A stretch of 18,399 nt of DNA from Oligoflexus sp. (GCA_041736305.1 JBGSTX010000022.1:1-18399), one strand, 5' to 3'; shown: positions 1 through 9,387, counted from the stretch's first letter. Numbers and translations are program-made. Notes: generated by a model from the letters alone, not told the origin.

Positions 1-366
1 GCCGGCGAAGGCCTCTTTGCTTTGACCACCGCTGCCGGTGCAGTATACGAATTCAACTGGCTCGGTAGCGGCGACAAGAAGTACACAAGCGCACGGATTA
101 TTCCGACAGTTCGCTTGAAATTTGGTCCTATCGAGCGCTGGTTGCGCGTATCGCCTAGGATCATGGAATTTACGATGACTAAAGTAGGTGAGCACCTCTA
201 CTCAAGAGATAGCTTTGTCTTCGGCAAACAAATTCCTTCTTACCAGTTTCGCCGTATCCTTGTACCTTCTGCTAGTGATCCGAAGGTATTGGAAAAGACT
301 GAATTCTGGGACTCCTACGCTAAGCAGCCTGGACCTGCAACGATGCGTCTGCCTGCTAGGAAGTAA
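1..366 (+). CDS. Hypothetical protein, 3' part only (open from the window edge)
   Basis: Frame 1 is open from base 1 (AGEGLFALTT...) to TAA at 364-366 and is followed by a strong hairpin. No family recognised. Confidence 0.7.
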   Translation, partial: AGEGLFALTTAAGAVYEFNWLGSGDKKYTSARIIPTVRLKFGPIERWLRVSPRIMEFTMTKVGEHLYSRDSFVFGKQIPSYQFRRILVPSASDPKVLEKTEFWDSYAKQPGPATMRLPARK

Positions 367-376
367 GTCTTTATGA

Positions 377-399
377 TCTGGGGGCTCATAGCCCCCAGA
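377..399. terminator. GC-rich hairpin between convergent genes, probable terminator
   Basis: Perfect 10-bp stem TCTGGGGGCT-CAT-AGCCCCCAGA, 10 nt after the stop at 366. No strong U-tract on either strand. Confidence 0.55.
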
Positions 400-519
400 A
401 ATTCTGCATGATAGGTCTAAGTCGGCTCAGGGCCTATTAGTAGAGATGGCTACTAGAAACTGCTGAACAGACAGCCTCCAAAATCACCCGCCTGAGAACT
501 TTCTAGATTGCACTGCACT

Positions 520-3500
520 TCAAGTCTTACTATTCCGAAGACTAGCTGAAGACCCATCCCGAGGCGTAAACTTCAGTTCAGCACAAAAGCTGAGCAAATG
601 CCGAATCATCGGATTCTGCTGCGTGATTTCAATCGTTGAGCTATTTCCTTCGAGAAGATTCACATTTCCGATCGACTCGACTAGTCCAATGAGGTCGAGA
701 GTTTCAGCGAGGTTTATCCGATAAATCTGTTCCACGAAAACGTTACAGCCCTTAGCGATCTTGTCCGGCGTCAGAGTACCCACCTCGGCAAAGAGGGTAT
801 CCATATGCTCTCGATCGTTCTGCGAAAGGATCAATTTTAAAGGATCTTTTTCCATTCCGAGCATCCGCTTCACATTATCCATGCGGTTCTGCTCAAGAGA
901 ACGCCGGCACTTAAGCAGGAAGGGATATATATCATTGTGTGCGCTTAGATTCAGAAAAGCATAGCAGTCCAGTTGCATAGACCGGCTCAGGAACAATAGC
1001 CTGTGCATCAGATGACTCGGTGGCATCGTCATATAGTAGTCGCGATCGAGATATATGTCTTTTTCTTCGAAGTGAAAATGAATTTTGTCTTCGATTCGCG
1101 GCAAATGATAAACCGTGAATCCAGCTTCTACAAAGGTCTTGTTGTAAAAGCGCAGCATGCTCCTTTGAATCAACTCATCTGACCACTCGATCTTCCGTCT
1201 CACTCGGAACATATCTTCGAGACGCATCTTGAGTCGCTCGGCACCACCTTTAGAGCTGAGCTGCATTGCAAACTGCTGCTGAATCAGCGGCTGGAGAGTC
1301 TTAAGCAACTTCACGATAGGCGCTTTGATCCCAGGATGAAACATCTCCCGACTCATGTGATCAGCCCAACGCAGTTCATAGAAGTTTTCTTGTGGATAGC
1401 GCCAGACGCGGTGGGACCAGGAATCGAGGAAAGACACTCGGTCTTCGCTCAGTGCCGCAACCTGAACGGCCAGATGCTGCTCGGCCTTGTCGCTGAACTG
1501 ATGCTGCAGGAGCCACTCGGCCAGACCCACCTTGCCTTTACCTTGCGTTGCAACCATTTTCCACGATTCAACTTCGAACTTCTTGTTAGGCGTGCCGACC
1601 GTCTCGGACTCACGGTATTCTAAAGGTAGAGGCGGCTTTTGCTCCTTCGAATCGCGAAAAATGCTCATAGTATTGATCTCGGCCGGAGCCGTTTCTATGG
1701 CTTCTGGCGCAAGTGCCGGTGGCAGCGAAATCGAGAGCATAGAATGCGGCAAACTCGGCAGAGGGGGAATAGTCGCTTTAGTAGGGTCTGGCTCGGTCAT
1801 CTCTTCATCTTCGGACAAAGCTGGCGAGAAGCCCAGACCGATCGGCATCTGTCTTTCAGCTTCTTGTGCAGCTGGCGGCAGCTCGCTACGCAGTGGAGGA
1901 GCCAGTGGCTCAGGAACTAGCCCTTTCTCACTGAACCTTGCGATGCTAAGTTCAAGGGTCTTCGTCATCTGCTCCGACTGATCATAGTCCTGATCGAGGC
2001 TCGGGCCGAAAGACAGGGGCTCTGGCTTATGCTTATCTAAGAGCTCTAAGGGCCTTAGGTTAAGTTCAGTGGAGATCTCACGTGGATCTTCGGCTTTGAC
2101 GACTGCGGTCCCAAAAGGCCCTACTATAGGTCTTGAAGCTGACTGATCAAACGGGAACTGACTGTCGACCATCGTCACTTCCGTCTGCTCACGCATCAAA
2201 CCCAGACGTTGCCCCATACTTAAAACATCCTGCTCTAGCTGCAGCAAGTCGATCTTGAAGGGGGCGACGATGCTCGGATTGCTGCGTATCATCGGCAGCG
2301 ATCGATAGAGCAACTCGTAGAGATCGGTGTCGGCGTTGAGTTCGCGATAGATCACTATCAGCGGACCCCAAAGACGTGGGTCCATCTGATCGACAGCATA
2401 CATCTGCTCCAGTAGGCTCAAAGCCTTCCGGAGATCTCTACCCTGCATCACCTGCCAGCGAGCATGAGACAGTCCGACTTCCCTCAGCACATTGGGATGC
2501 AAGGTGGCTTGACGATTCGGCTCAAGAAGTTCGCTCAGAACATCTTGGAAGACGCGAGGCAGATCGAGGGAGACCAATAGTTCTTGTGAGGAATTCAGCC
2601 ATTTTTCTGCTTCTGCGGCTTTCCTGGTGTTAGCCAGAGCCTGCAGCAAATATTTCTGTGCTCGCTTGGGATCTGGCTTTTTAGCAAAAGCCTCAAAGAC
2701 CTGATACATCGTCAGCTCATCGATAAGAGTATGAGCCTCCAAGGCCATGAGGTAATATTCTAAGAAGTCATAGTTCGCGGTATCGACGAATCGCTGAATA
2801 GCGACGTTGACAATCTTCTTGGCTGCCAAGCGGTCTTCAACGGCCAGTCTGTCGATCAGCTCGACCGTCGCCTTGCGAATCTCCCAGGTTCGACTATCGT
2901 TTAAGAACTCTAGCGCAAAATCTCTCGTATGTAGCCGCGATTCATACCCACGCACCTCGAGCCAACGGATTTTCACGAGAGCCTGCTGCTCGCTTGTCAG
3001 GAATCCGAGTGACTTGCAGACAACATCGAGTTCGGCGTCATCGATCGGTCCGGCGACTAGAAAATCTCCGGCTAGAATACAGAGTTTGGCTCGCGTAGTA
3101 TCGTCTTGAACCTGCTTGAGCTGTTGACTGATGAGACTTAGCACCTGGCTGGTCTTGCCTGAATCTCTCGCCTTATGGACGAACTCCTCCAGCTCATCAT
3201 CCTGGAGGATAGTGAGGGCGGAGAGCTTTTGCATGATCCCTTCCTGGAGTTCGAAAGAGACTTTCAGCTGACGACTCAAGCGCAGCGCCCGGCGTAAATA
3301 GCCGATGGCTCGATTCTCTGAAACCGTGGGAACTAGTGAAATCAGCATCTGAATTTTAGGCAGACCGTCGCTCAAAACAGCCAGCATCTCATCGGAATCG
3401 AGCTCAGGAACTTCTCCCATCTCAACGAGCAATTCGAGATAGGGCGCGACAAAGGTCTTATCAGAATCAACCCAGAAGTAAGTCAAGGCTAGTTTTGCGG

Positions 3501-6021
3501 TTCCTCGAGGATCGTCTCTCAGTTCAGCTAGCTTGCCAAATATTCTCTGTAGACAAGTAAAGCGCTCTTTTTCAGGTGTTGAATTGATAGCCTGGGCGCC
3601 TAGCTCCAAAACGGTCTTAAGCCCCACTGATGTTGGATCCGCGCGCATTACCGACTCTAAAAGCTGGGCAATGGCCTCGGCCTTGCCTTCTTGCTGGTAG
3701 AGCGCGATGCGTTCCTCGATGGGGCCAACATCATCAGCATCGCGTACAAAAATCTGCACGGCATAGCCATCGCGTTCACTTTCAGTGACAATCTCGTCAG
3801 AGTAGAAGAGATCGCGGAGTATGCCCGATTTCTCCTGTTCAGGAGCCAGTTTGTAACGTTGTGTCAGCAGTTTATGACGATCGGTATTCAGTCCCTCGCG
3901 CGAGTAGTGCGCATCGAGGAAGTCGAAGGCAAGCTGGCTGAAGTAATCTGCGGCCAAAACTTCTTTGAAATATTTGCACGCCTCATTTGGCCTATCGAGA
4001 CGCTCGCTGCACAGTTTGCCAAGCAGTTCAAAATAGGGTCCTTGCTCCGCAAGCGGCTTTTCCGCAAGCAGCGAAGCGATAGCCGGTAAAATATCTTCGT
4101 AGGGTAATTTGATCTCGGCATTTTCCAAAATTCGAGCCAGACGAGGGGCTTCGATCAGATGATGGGTAAGTATTGTGGTATAGATGTGGGTTTGCTTCGC
4201 GACATCGCTGAGATCAGCGGCCAAGTCGATGAGAGATCCGACGGCAAAATCAGCCCGGACTTTATCCGAAGCTTTGATAGCTGTATCGAGCGCTAAGAGG
4301 AGGAGATCAATGTGCTGGGTTTCGTCACCCAGATGCTCGGCAATATGCGCCATGCGACCAAAGGACAGCGGATCATCGCCGGCCAGTTCGCGAGCGCGAC
4401 TGAGTCTTTCAGCAGCCAGATCATAGCGCTGCAAATGATCGAGCCATATCGTTGCAATTTGGAGTTCGAGGTCGAGTCGGGTGGCTACGCTTTCATTTTC
4501 CGCGATCAGATCTGAGGTCTCGACCAAGACATGGACAGCTTCGTGCGGCCGCTGCAGGAGCAAGAGCAGGCGCGACGCAAGCAAGGCATAGCGGACGTGG
4601 CTACGCTTGGTTTGCCAGCTCTTGAGTGCCCAGTGGACAGCGTCTTCTTTATCGAAGCTTTCTCTGATTTCCGCCAAGCGGAAATAGATTGCGGCCCGCG
4701 TTCGAACCGGGACTTCACAAGCGAGCAACCTATCCATATAAGATTCTTCGGCCTGCGGATCTTCGAGGTCCCGCATGAGACGAATGAGCTTGACGAGAAT
4801 TCGTGGAACTTCGCCGCGAGCTTGCAGCACCCGCTCATAGCAGGCCACAGCCCGCTTATCGTCTTTGACATCCCAGGCATCACCTAACATTTCCGGCAAG
4901 GTTAGGCTGGTGATATCGGCCACTTCGAAATCGAGTATGCTTTGACCCAGCCCGTTGCCGAGTCGAGAAAGGAACTCTAGCAGCTGATGGTGCTGCTTTT
5001 CTTGCACATAGCTACGGATCCACATCGAAACGGACATGAAACTCTGCGGATCATACTTCGCCATCAGCTCGAGATAATGACGTTCGAGGGGACGATTAGC
5101 CCAGAGGGTGAGAAAGGCTAAGCGCCGTATGAGATAGAGGGACTGCGGAGACTTCGCCAGGTATTCATAGCATTGTTTGAGGGCCTGCTCGTAGTCCGCT
5201 TGGACTATGAGAGCGTCGAGCCGATGATAGCGCCGCGCAACTTCCTTCTGCTCCAAGACCTCTATCGGGGGAATGACCAAGGGTGGCAGATCGTGGCCTT
5301 CTTCCCAGGACAGCGACCAGCTGCCCTTGAGATCTTCGATCTTTATATCATTATCATCGAGGACTTCAGACTCGAATTTCTGCGAGACATTCTCTGGCAT
5401 CTCACAGGCTCGAATCAAGGCGCGCCGCAGTACCGAGCAGCTGAGAGTCGAACTATAGGTGTTGTATTGAACTTCGTCCTTCAAAGCGCTCCCAAAGACG
5501 CTGAGGGAGACAATGCGGGGCAGTTCGAGGAAGAGCTTCCCCGGGACGTTACCGAGGAAGAAGTGTTTGGTCATATAGACGGAAATCACACCCTGGCTCT
5601 GCAAGATGGCAATGTTCAGACCCGCTAAACCATGTGGGAGCTGCGTGCTGTGCAGCCGCTCCTCCTCGATGAGGCTGCTCTGATCCGCTTCGATCTCAGG
5701 ATCACAAAACTCAAAAAGAAGCCAGAATCCGCTGGTTTTGTCTTCTAGTATAGCTGCCGTGCGAAACGAGGGAGAGCTCTGCTGCATCATGCCTTCGACG
5801 TTGGCGAGGACATCGTTGCGGTCAAGGCGCGCAGCGAAGTGCTCCTGAACGTATTCACCCTCGTTCTCCCGCACCTGCCAGTCGCTCAAATTCCATGGGA
5901 GCACCTGCCTGCCGAGGCGGTGAACGTCAGGATCATGCAAGGCGAAGATGTTCATGCCCTTTGCAATAAATCCACTATCCTCAAGATAGGGTTCAACATT
6001 TCGTAGATTCTTGGCTGTCAT
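520..6021 (-). CDS. Very large (~1833 aa) TPR/alpha-solenoid protein with a Pro/Glu-rich linker and a distinct C-terminal domain
   Basis: Uninterrupted 5.5 kb ORF with TPR-like helical pairs (AVACYERVLQARG, RAAIYFRLAEIRE, EACKYFKEVLAAD, KALSLLEQMYAVDQMDPRLW). I prefer ATG 6021 (MTAKNLRN, purine-rich AAAAGGCGATGGG upstream) over the track's TTG at 6135. Confidence 0.8.
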   Translation of the reverse strand: MTAKNLRNVEPYLEDSGFIAKGMNIFALHDPDVHRLGRQVLPWNLSDWQVRENEGEYVQEHFAARLDRNDVLANVEGMMQQSSPSFRTAAILEDKTSGFWLLFEFCDPEIEADQSSLIEEERLHSTQLPHGLAGLNIAILQSQGVISVYMTKHFFLGNVPGKLFLELPRIVSLSVFGSALKDEVQYNTYSSTLSCSVLRRALIRACEMPENVSQKFESEVLDDNDIKIEDLKGSWSLSWEEGHDLPPLVIPPIEVLEQKEVARRYHRLDALIVQADYEQALKQCYEYLAKSPQSLYLIRRLAFLTLWANRPLERHYLELMAKYDPQSFMSVSMWIRSYVQEKQHHQLLEFLSRLGNGLGQSILDFEVADITSLTLPEMLGDAWDVKDDKRAVACYERVLQARGEVPRILVKLIRLMRDLEDPQAEESYMDRLLACEVPVRTRAAIYFRLAEIRESFDKEDAVHWALKSWQTKRSHVRYALLASRLLLLLQRPHEAVHVLVETSDLIAENESVATRLDLELQIATIWLDHLQRYDLAAERLSRARELAGDDPLSFGRMAHIAEHLGDETQHIDLLLLALDTAIKASDKVRADFAVGSLIDLAADLSDVAKQTHIYTTILTHHLIEAPRLARILENAEIKLPYEDILPAIASLLAEKPLAEQGPYFELLGKLCSERLDRPNEACKYFKEVLAADYFSQLAFDFLDAHYSREGLNTDRHKLLTQRYKLAPEQEKSGILRDLFYSDEIVTESERDGYAVQIFVRDADDVGPIEERIALYQQEGKAEAIAQLLESVMRADPTSVGLKTVLELGAQAINSTPEKERFTCLQRIFGKLAELRDDPRGTAKLALTYFWVDSDKTFVAPYLELLVEMGEVPELDSDEMLAVLSDGLPKIQMLISLVPTVSENRAIGYLRRALRLSRQLKVSFELQEGIMQKLSALTILQDDELEEFVHKARDSGKTSQVLSLISQQLKQVQDDTTRAKLCILAGDFLVAGPIDDAELDVVCKSLGFLTSEQQALVKIRWLEVRGYESRLHTRDFALEFLNDSRTWEIRKATVELIDRLAVEDRLAAKKIVNVAIQRFVDTANYDFLEYYLMALEAHTLIDELTMYQVFEAFAKKPDPKRAQKYLLQALANTRKAAEAEKWLNSSQELLVSLDLPRVFQDVLSELLEPNRQATLHPNVLREVGLSHARWQVMQGRDLRKALSLLEQMYAVDQMDPRLWGPLIVIYRELNADTDLYELLYRSLPMIRSNPSIVAPFKIDLLQLEQDVLSMGQRLGLMREQTEVTMVDSQFPFDQSASRPIVGPFGTAVVKAEDPREISTELNLRPLELLDKHKPEPLSFGPSLDQDYDQSEQMTKTLELSIARFSEKGLVPEPLAPPLRSELPPAAQEAERQMPIGLGFSPALSEDEEMTEPDPTKATIPPLPSLPHSMLSISLPPALAPEAIETAPAEINTMSIFRDSKEQKPPLPLEYRESETVGTPNKKFEVESWKMVATQGKGKVGLAEWLLQHQFSDKAEQHLAVQVAALSEDRVSFLDSWSHRVWRYPQENFYELRWADHMSREMFHPGIKAPIVKLLKTLQPLIQQQFAMQLSSKGGAERLKMRLEDMFRVRRKIEWSDELIQRSMLRFYNKTFVEAGFTVYHLPRIEDKIHFHFEEKDIYLDRDYYMTMPPSHLMHRLLFLSRSMQLDCYAFLNLSAHNDIYPFLLKCRRSLEQNRMDNVKRMLGMEKDPLKLILSQNDREHMDTLFAEVGTLTPDKIAKGCNVFVEQIYRINLAETLDLIGLVESIGNVNLLEGNSSTIEITQQNPMIRHLLSFCAELKFTPRDGSSASLRNSKT

Positions 6022-6180
6022 CCCATCGCCTTTTTTACTCTGAGGGCAAAGTCTCGATCCGCTGCAAAGATATCCTGAACTTAGCTTCGGCTTACCGAAG
6101 GACCTTATACGCTCATTTCTTTCTTCTCGGTACAATTGATACTAAGTTTAGTCGAATGCTCCTGGTCTGGCTCGCTTTTT

Positions 6181-6189
6181 TAAGGAGGT
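6181..6189 (+). promoter_or_regulatory. Strong Shine-Dalgarno site
   Basis: TAAGGAGGT 5 nt before ATG 6195, which fixes the start of the next CDS. Confidence 0.8.
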
Positions 6190-6194
6190 CCTCA

Positions 6195-7490
6195 ATGGAC
6201 ATCGCGGGGCAAATGCATCGTAAGGCAGCGTTTATCGAGCAGCAAAAAGTTGCTCCTATGGTTCGGCAGCTGCAGACTATCCTGCAAAAGCGCCTTATGG
6301 AGGACTGCGATATTCGCACCTTCAGCCCTGCCTTGATCCGTGCGCTGATCTTCGATCTTACCTATCTCATGCTCCGACATCGAGCCTGGCATCTCGCGCC
6401 GCTCTTCTCCGAGCTGACGATAGACTTCATCAATAGCGAGTATGCCTTGCCTCACCAGATGTGCGTGGTTATCGTCGAAGGTATGCACGATCTACTGCAC
6501 CACTACATGGCTCCTGAGATCGATTGGACCGCTGACCGCTATGACGAAGAATTCTTGGAACATCTGCTCGTCTCGACGCTGATGGCAGCGCACGAGGGTG
6601 AGCTGCTGATCGATCTGGGCTTTGGACGCAATCTGATCGAACTGCTCCAGGATGCTATGCAACTCGCTTCTGGCTCTAACAATCCCGACGCCTTTCAGTT
6701 CGCACCTGAGGTGACGGGACGCCTGCATAAAATTATGGAGCGCATGCTTAGCGAGGCGGAAGCAAATCCTGCCTCGCTCGATCGTTATAAGTTGAAGAAC
6801 TTTCTGCAGCGAGACCCACTGACGCGCAAGCACACCCTGCAAGTCGCCCTGCTCGAAAGGCTGATGATGATACTCAACACTTGCGGCTATTTAGGCTCGA
6901 GTCTGGCAGCGATTGAAACCAAACTCGGTAGCGCTGTCCTCAGCACCGAACTCAGCCTTCTGCAACGAACAGGACTCCTCTTCGAAGAGACGCAGCGGCG
7001 TCCTCTGCCGCTCCTCTACAGACTGAGCCGCGAGGCCTACACTCTTACCAGCCAAACTTTTGCCGAGGGCACCCTTGCTGCTGGCAAAGCTACAATCGAG
7101 CTCGCTGCGCTGCCTGCACCCTACCAAGCTGCCCTTCTTCAGCTCGCTTGGCATAGAGATCCTGAGCACTTATCCGCATTGATTGCAGCCGATGCCGCGG
7201 CGCTTAAGCCAGAGGCTCTGAAGATTGTCATCGAGGCCTGGCGGAAGAATCAGCTCGAAGAGAGTTTGCTGGAGTTATTCCAAAACTTGCTGCATAATCG
7301 GGCCCACGCGTGGATTCGCGCCGAGATCTGCCAAGCTTTGCCTTTCCGTTCCTTTCAAAAGGACACCCAGATCCTGCTCGAATCTCTCGCCGAATACGAT
7401 CCTTCGCCCATGGTGCGAAGTGCTGCGCGATCAGCCCTCAAGCGTCAGCAGAAGGCCGTTCCTTCGGGAGAAACCTGCCCATCTGTTTGA
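6195..7490 (+). CDS. Hypothetical 431 aa protein with a central winged-helix-like segment and C-terminal HEAT repeats
   Basis: Perfect SD at ATG 6195. wHTH-like pattern GSSLAAIETKLG-SAVLSTELSLLQRTGLL-FEE...YRLS. HEAT/PBS-lyase-like repeats HAWIRAEICQAL and LAEYDPSPMVRSAARSALK. Confidence 0.7.
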   Translation: MDIAGQMHRKAAFIEQQKVAPMVRQLQTILQKRLMEDCDIRTFSPALIRALIFDLTYLMLRHRAWHLAPLFSELTIDFINSEYALPHQMCVVIVEGMHDLLHHYMAPEIDWTADRYDEEFLEHLLVSTLMAAHEGELLIDLGFGRNLIELLQDAMQLASGSNNPDAFQFAPEVTGRLHKIMERMLSEAEANPASLDRYKLKNFLQRDPLTRKHTLQVALLERLMMILNTCGYLGSSLAAIETKLGSAVLSTELSLLQRTGLLFEETQRRPLPLLYRLSREAYTLTSQTFAEGTLAAGKATIELAALPAPYQAALLQLAWHRDPEHLSALIAADAAALKPEALKIVIEAWRKNQLEESLLELFQNLLHNRAHAWIRAEICQALPFRSFQKDTQILLESLAEYDPSPMVRSAARSALKRQQKAVPSGETCPSV

Positions 7491-7591
7491 ACGCGAAGGT
7501 ATCTAACTCCTTCTCGAGCGCTGCCTTCCACCGGGTGCAAAAGGGATCTCATCGGGACGCGATGCAAATCCTTAACACTTAGGAGGGCTAG

Positions 7592-9115
7592 ATGAAATTA
7601 CAGGGCACTAACGTCGATGAACTGCGCGGGCACGGTCTCGACGTCCACGACATCTATATTCACCAAGAACGCATTCAAAAGAGTATGGAGAAGCGGGGCG
7701 ATCTCTTTATCTCCATTCAGGACACCTGCCGCCCTGAAAATCATGGAATACTGCCTCCTACCTACCTGCGCGCACCGAGTGAAGCCCCTCTCCACGGTTT
7801 TGTAGCCTTTGTCCCAGCCGCCGGTGCGGCTAGTCGCTATTTCAAACCCCTGGTCGAACTGCGAGCAGCTTTGGCTGCCGGTGATCAGCAGGAAATTCGC
7901 CGGCAACGCGATCGCTTGCGGCAAGAGGGGGCTGAAGACTGGCCCCTTCCCCTCCGTTTAGAGAGCTTTGTCAGCGATGCTCAGCAGGAGACTTGGGATG
8001 CCGAAGTGTGTCGCCTGCTGCTCGAGGAAATTGATCTGCCGAAAGCGCTGCTGCCTTGCTGGAAGGATGGACCAACCTTCCTCGAGCAGAAATCCGAAGA
8101 GCATCGTAATCTAGAAGGCCTGGCAGGCGAGGTGTACGTGACTCCACTCGGACAGTCGGAGACTTTCATTGAAAAGCTTGCCCCTAGCGAGGAAATGCCT
8201 AGCTTCTTCCTCGAGCAGGGCCCCTCGATGTCGACGATCCGTTTTCAGACCAACGGTCAACCGTATAGGGATGTGGAGGAGAAGCTGACCCTGGTTCCAG
8301 CCGGGCACGGCATGCTGGTAAAGCTATTTCCGGATATTCACCGGCGGTTTCCGCAGGCCCACTCTCTCTTCGTGCGGAACATCGATAATGTAAACGGTAG
8401 CGACCCTGATGTGCTCGCCGCTACCGAGCTCTTTCTTCGCCAGCACCAGGCTGTCCTGCGGGCCGTGCGCGGCATCAGGAGCGCTCTGCATGCCGACAGC
8501 CTCACCGAAGCGGCTCGCCTCGCGCGCGATCTCTTGAACCGTTTTATCAGCGTCCGAGAAGTACCCGCGATTAGTTGGGTGCGCGAGCTGGAAGAGCCTT
8601 GGCGCTCCCTTTGGTGCGTTCTCTTGCAAGTTTTCCATCTCCCTGGCAGTCACGCTACGAAAATGCGGACGCAGTATCAGGACAAGCGCGCCCTTCGCTC
8701 GCTCTACGACCGCCCGCTCAACTCGTTGGGCCAGGTGCCTAACAGCGGGAAAGATATCGGCGGCACCGCGGTTTTCGCCCAAAGCGAAGCTGGGGAGGTG
8801 AGCATTTGCCTCGAACTACCGCACGTTAGCCCGGTGGATAAGGAGCGTTTTCTGCAAAACCCGAAGCTGGCCACTCACTTCAACCCTGCGTTCGTAGCCG
8901 CGGAAATTCCTACCCAGCACCACGCCTATGACCTACAGAATTGTCCTTTCTGGATTCTCGCTGAGAAAACGTTTCAAGGTCACCCGGTGGTCTATCACGA
9001 AATTGTACTTTATGAGATTCTCGGCAACAGCCTCAGCTCGAATGTGCTATTTCCAGAAGTTCCGCGGATCTTATTCAACCCTCATAAGACTTTACTCGAT
9101 GGTCTTTCTCGCTAA
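7592..9115 (+). CDS. DUF4301 family protein (UDP-sugar pyrophosphorylase-like nucleotidyltransferase fold)
   Basis: Ordered motifs FVPAAGAASRYFK, PAGHGML, FVRNIDNV, RPLNSLGQVPN, THFNP and FPEVP..FNPHKTLLD match the DUF4301 pattern as I recall it (FVPASGAASRMFK / GGHGAL / FIKNIDNV / THFNP / FNPVKT). SD AGGAGG at 7581-7586. Confidence 0.8.
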   Translation: MKLQGTNVDELRGHGLDVHDIYIHQERIQKSMEKRGDLFISIQDTCRPENHGILPPTYLRAPSEAPLHGFVAFVPAAGAASRYFKPLVELRAALAAGDQQEIRRQRDRLRQEGAEDWPLPLRLESFVSDAQQETWDAEVCRLLLEEIDLPKALLPCWKDGPTFLEQKSEEHRNLEGLAGEVYVTPLGQSETFIEKLAPSEEMPSFFLEQGPSMSTIRFQTNGQPYRDVEEKLTLVPAGHGMLVKLFPDIHRRFPQAHSLFVRNIDNVNGSDPDVLAATELFLRQHQAVLRAVRGIRSALHADSLTEAARLARDLLNRFISVREVPAISWVRELEEPWRSLWCVLLQVFHLPGSHATKMRTQYQDKRALRSLYDRPLNSLGQVPNSGKDIGGTAVFAQSEAGEVSICLELPHVSPVDKERFLQNPKLATHFNPAFVAAEIPTQHHAYDLQNCPFWILAEKTFQGHPVVYHEIVLYEILGNSLSSNVLFPEVPRILFNPHKTLLDGLSR

Positions 9116-9137
9116 GTCGTGAGTGCAAGCCGAGCTT

Positions 9138-9190
9138 TCAGCAGTCAAGGATTTGTCTCTTTTCGCCAAGACTTTGACTGCTGAGCTTTT
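9138..9190 (+). terminator. Stem-loop after DUF4301, probable intrinsic terminator
   Basis: TCAGCAGTCAA (9138-9148) is the exact reverse complement of TTGACTGCTGA (9174-9184), extendable by G-U and G-C pairs, followed by GCTTTT. The loop is unusually large (~21 nt). Confidence 0.55.
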
Positions 9191-9387
9191 GCCGTCAACT
9201 TACGGTGCCTGCATTCGACAGAAGCCTTGACCGGCAGGGTTTACCCGTTGCGCTTGATCGCTATACGCTAGAGAATACTTTTAGGGCCAGTCAGTCCCAA
9301 ACCAGAAACCAAATCACTTGCGACGCCTAGAGATCGGACTAGTGAGACGGCTTTTGGAAGGTATCATCAGTTAAAGGGAGCGAATGA

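Noticed and set aside
761..5628. Many 60-150 aa ORFs inside the giant TPR gene
   Set aside because: Antisense or out-of-frame shadows with no recognisable motifs. The same applies to the short ORFs inside the other genes.
6022..6194. ORF-track starts at 6135 (-) and 6156 (+)
   Set aside because: They would leave only 20 bp between divergent genes. Better starts with SD-like sequences exist at 6021 and 6195.
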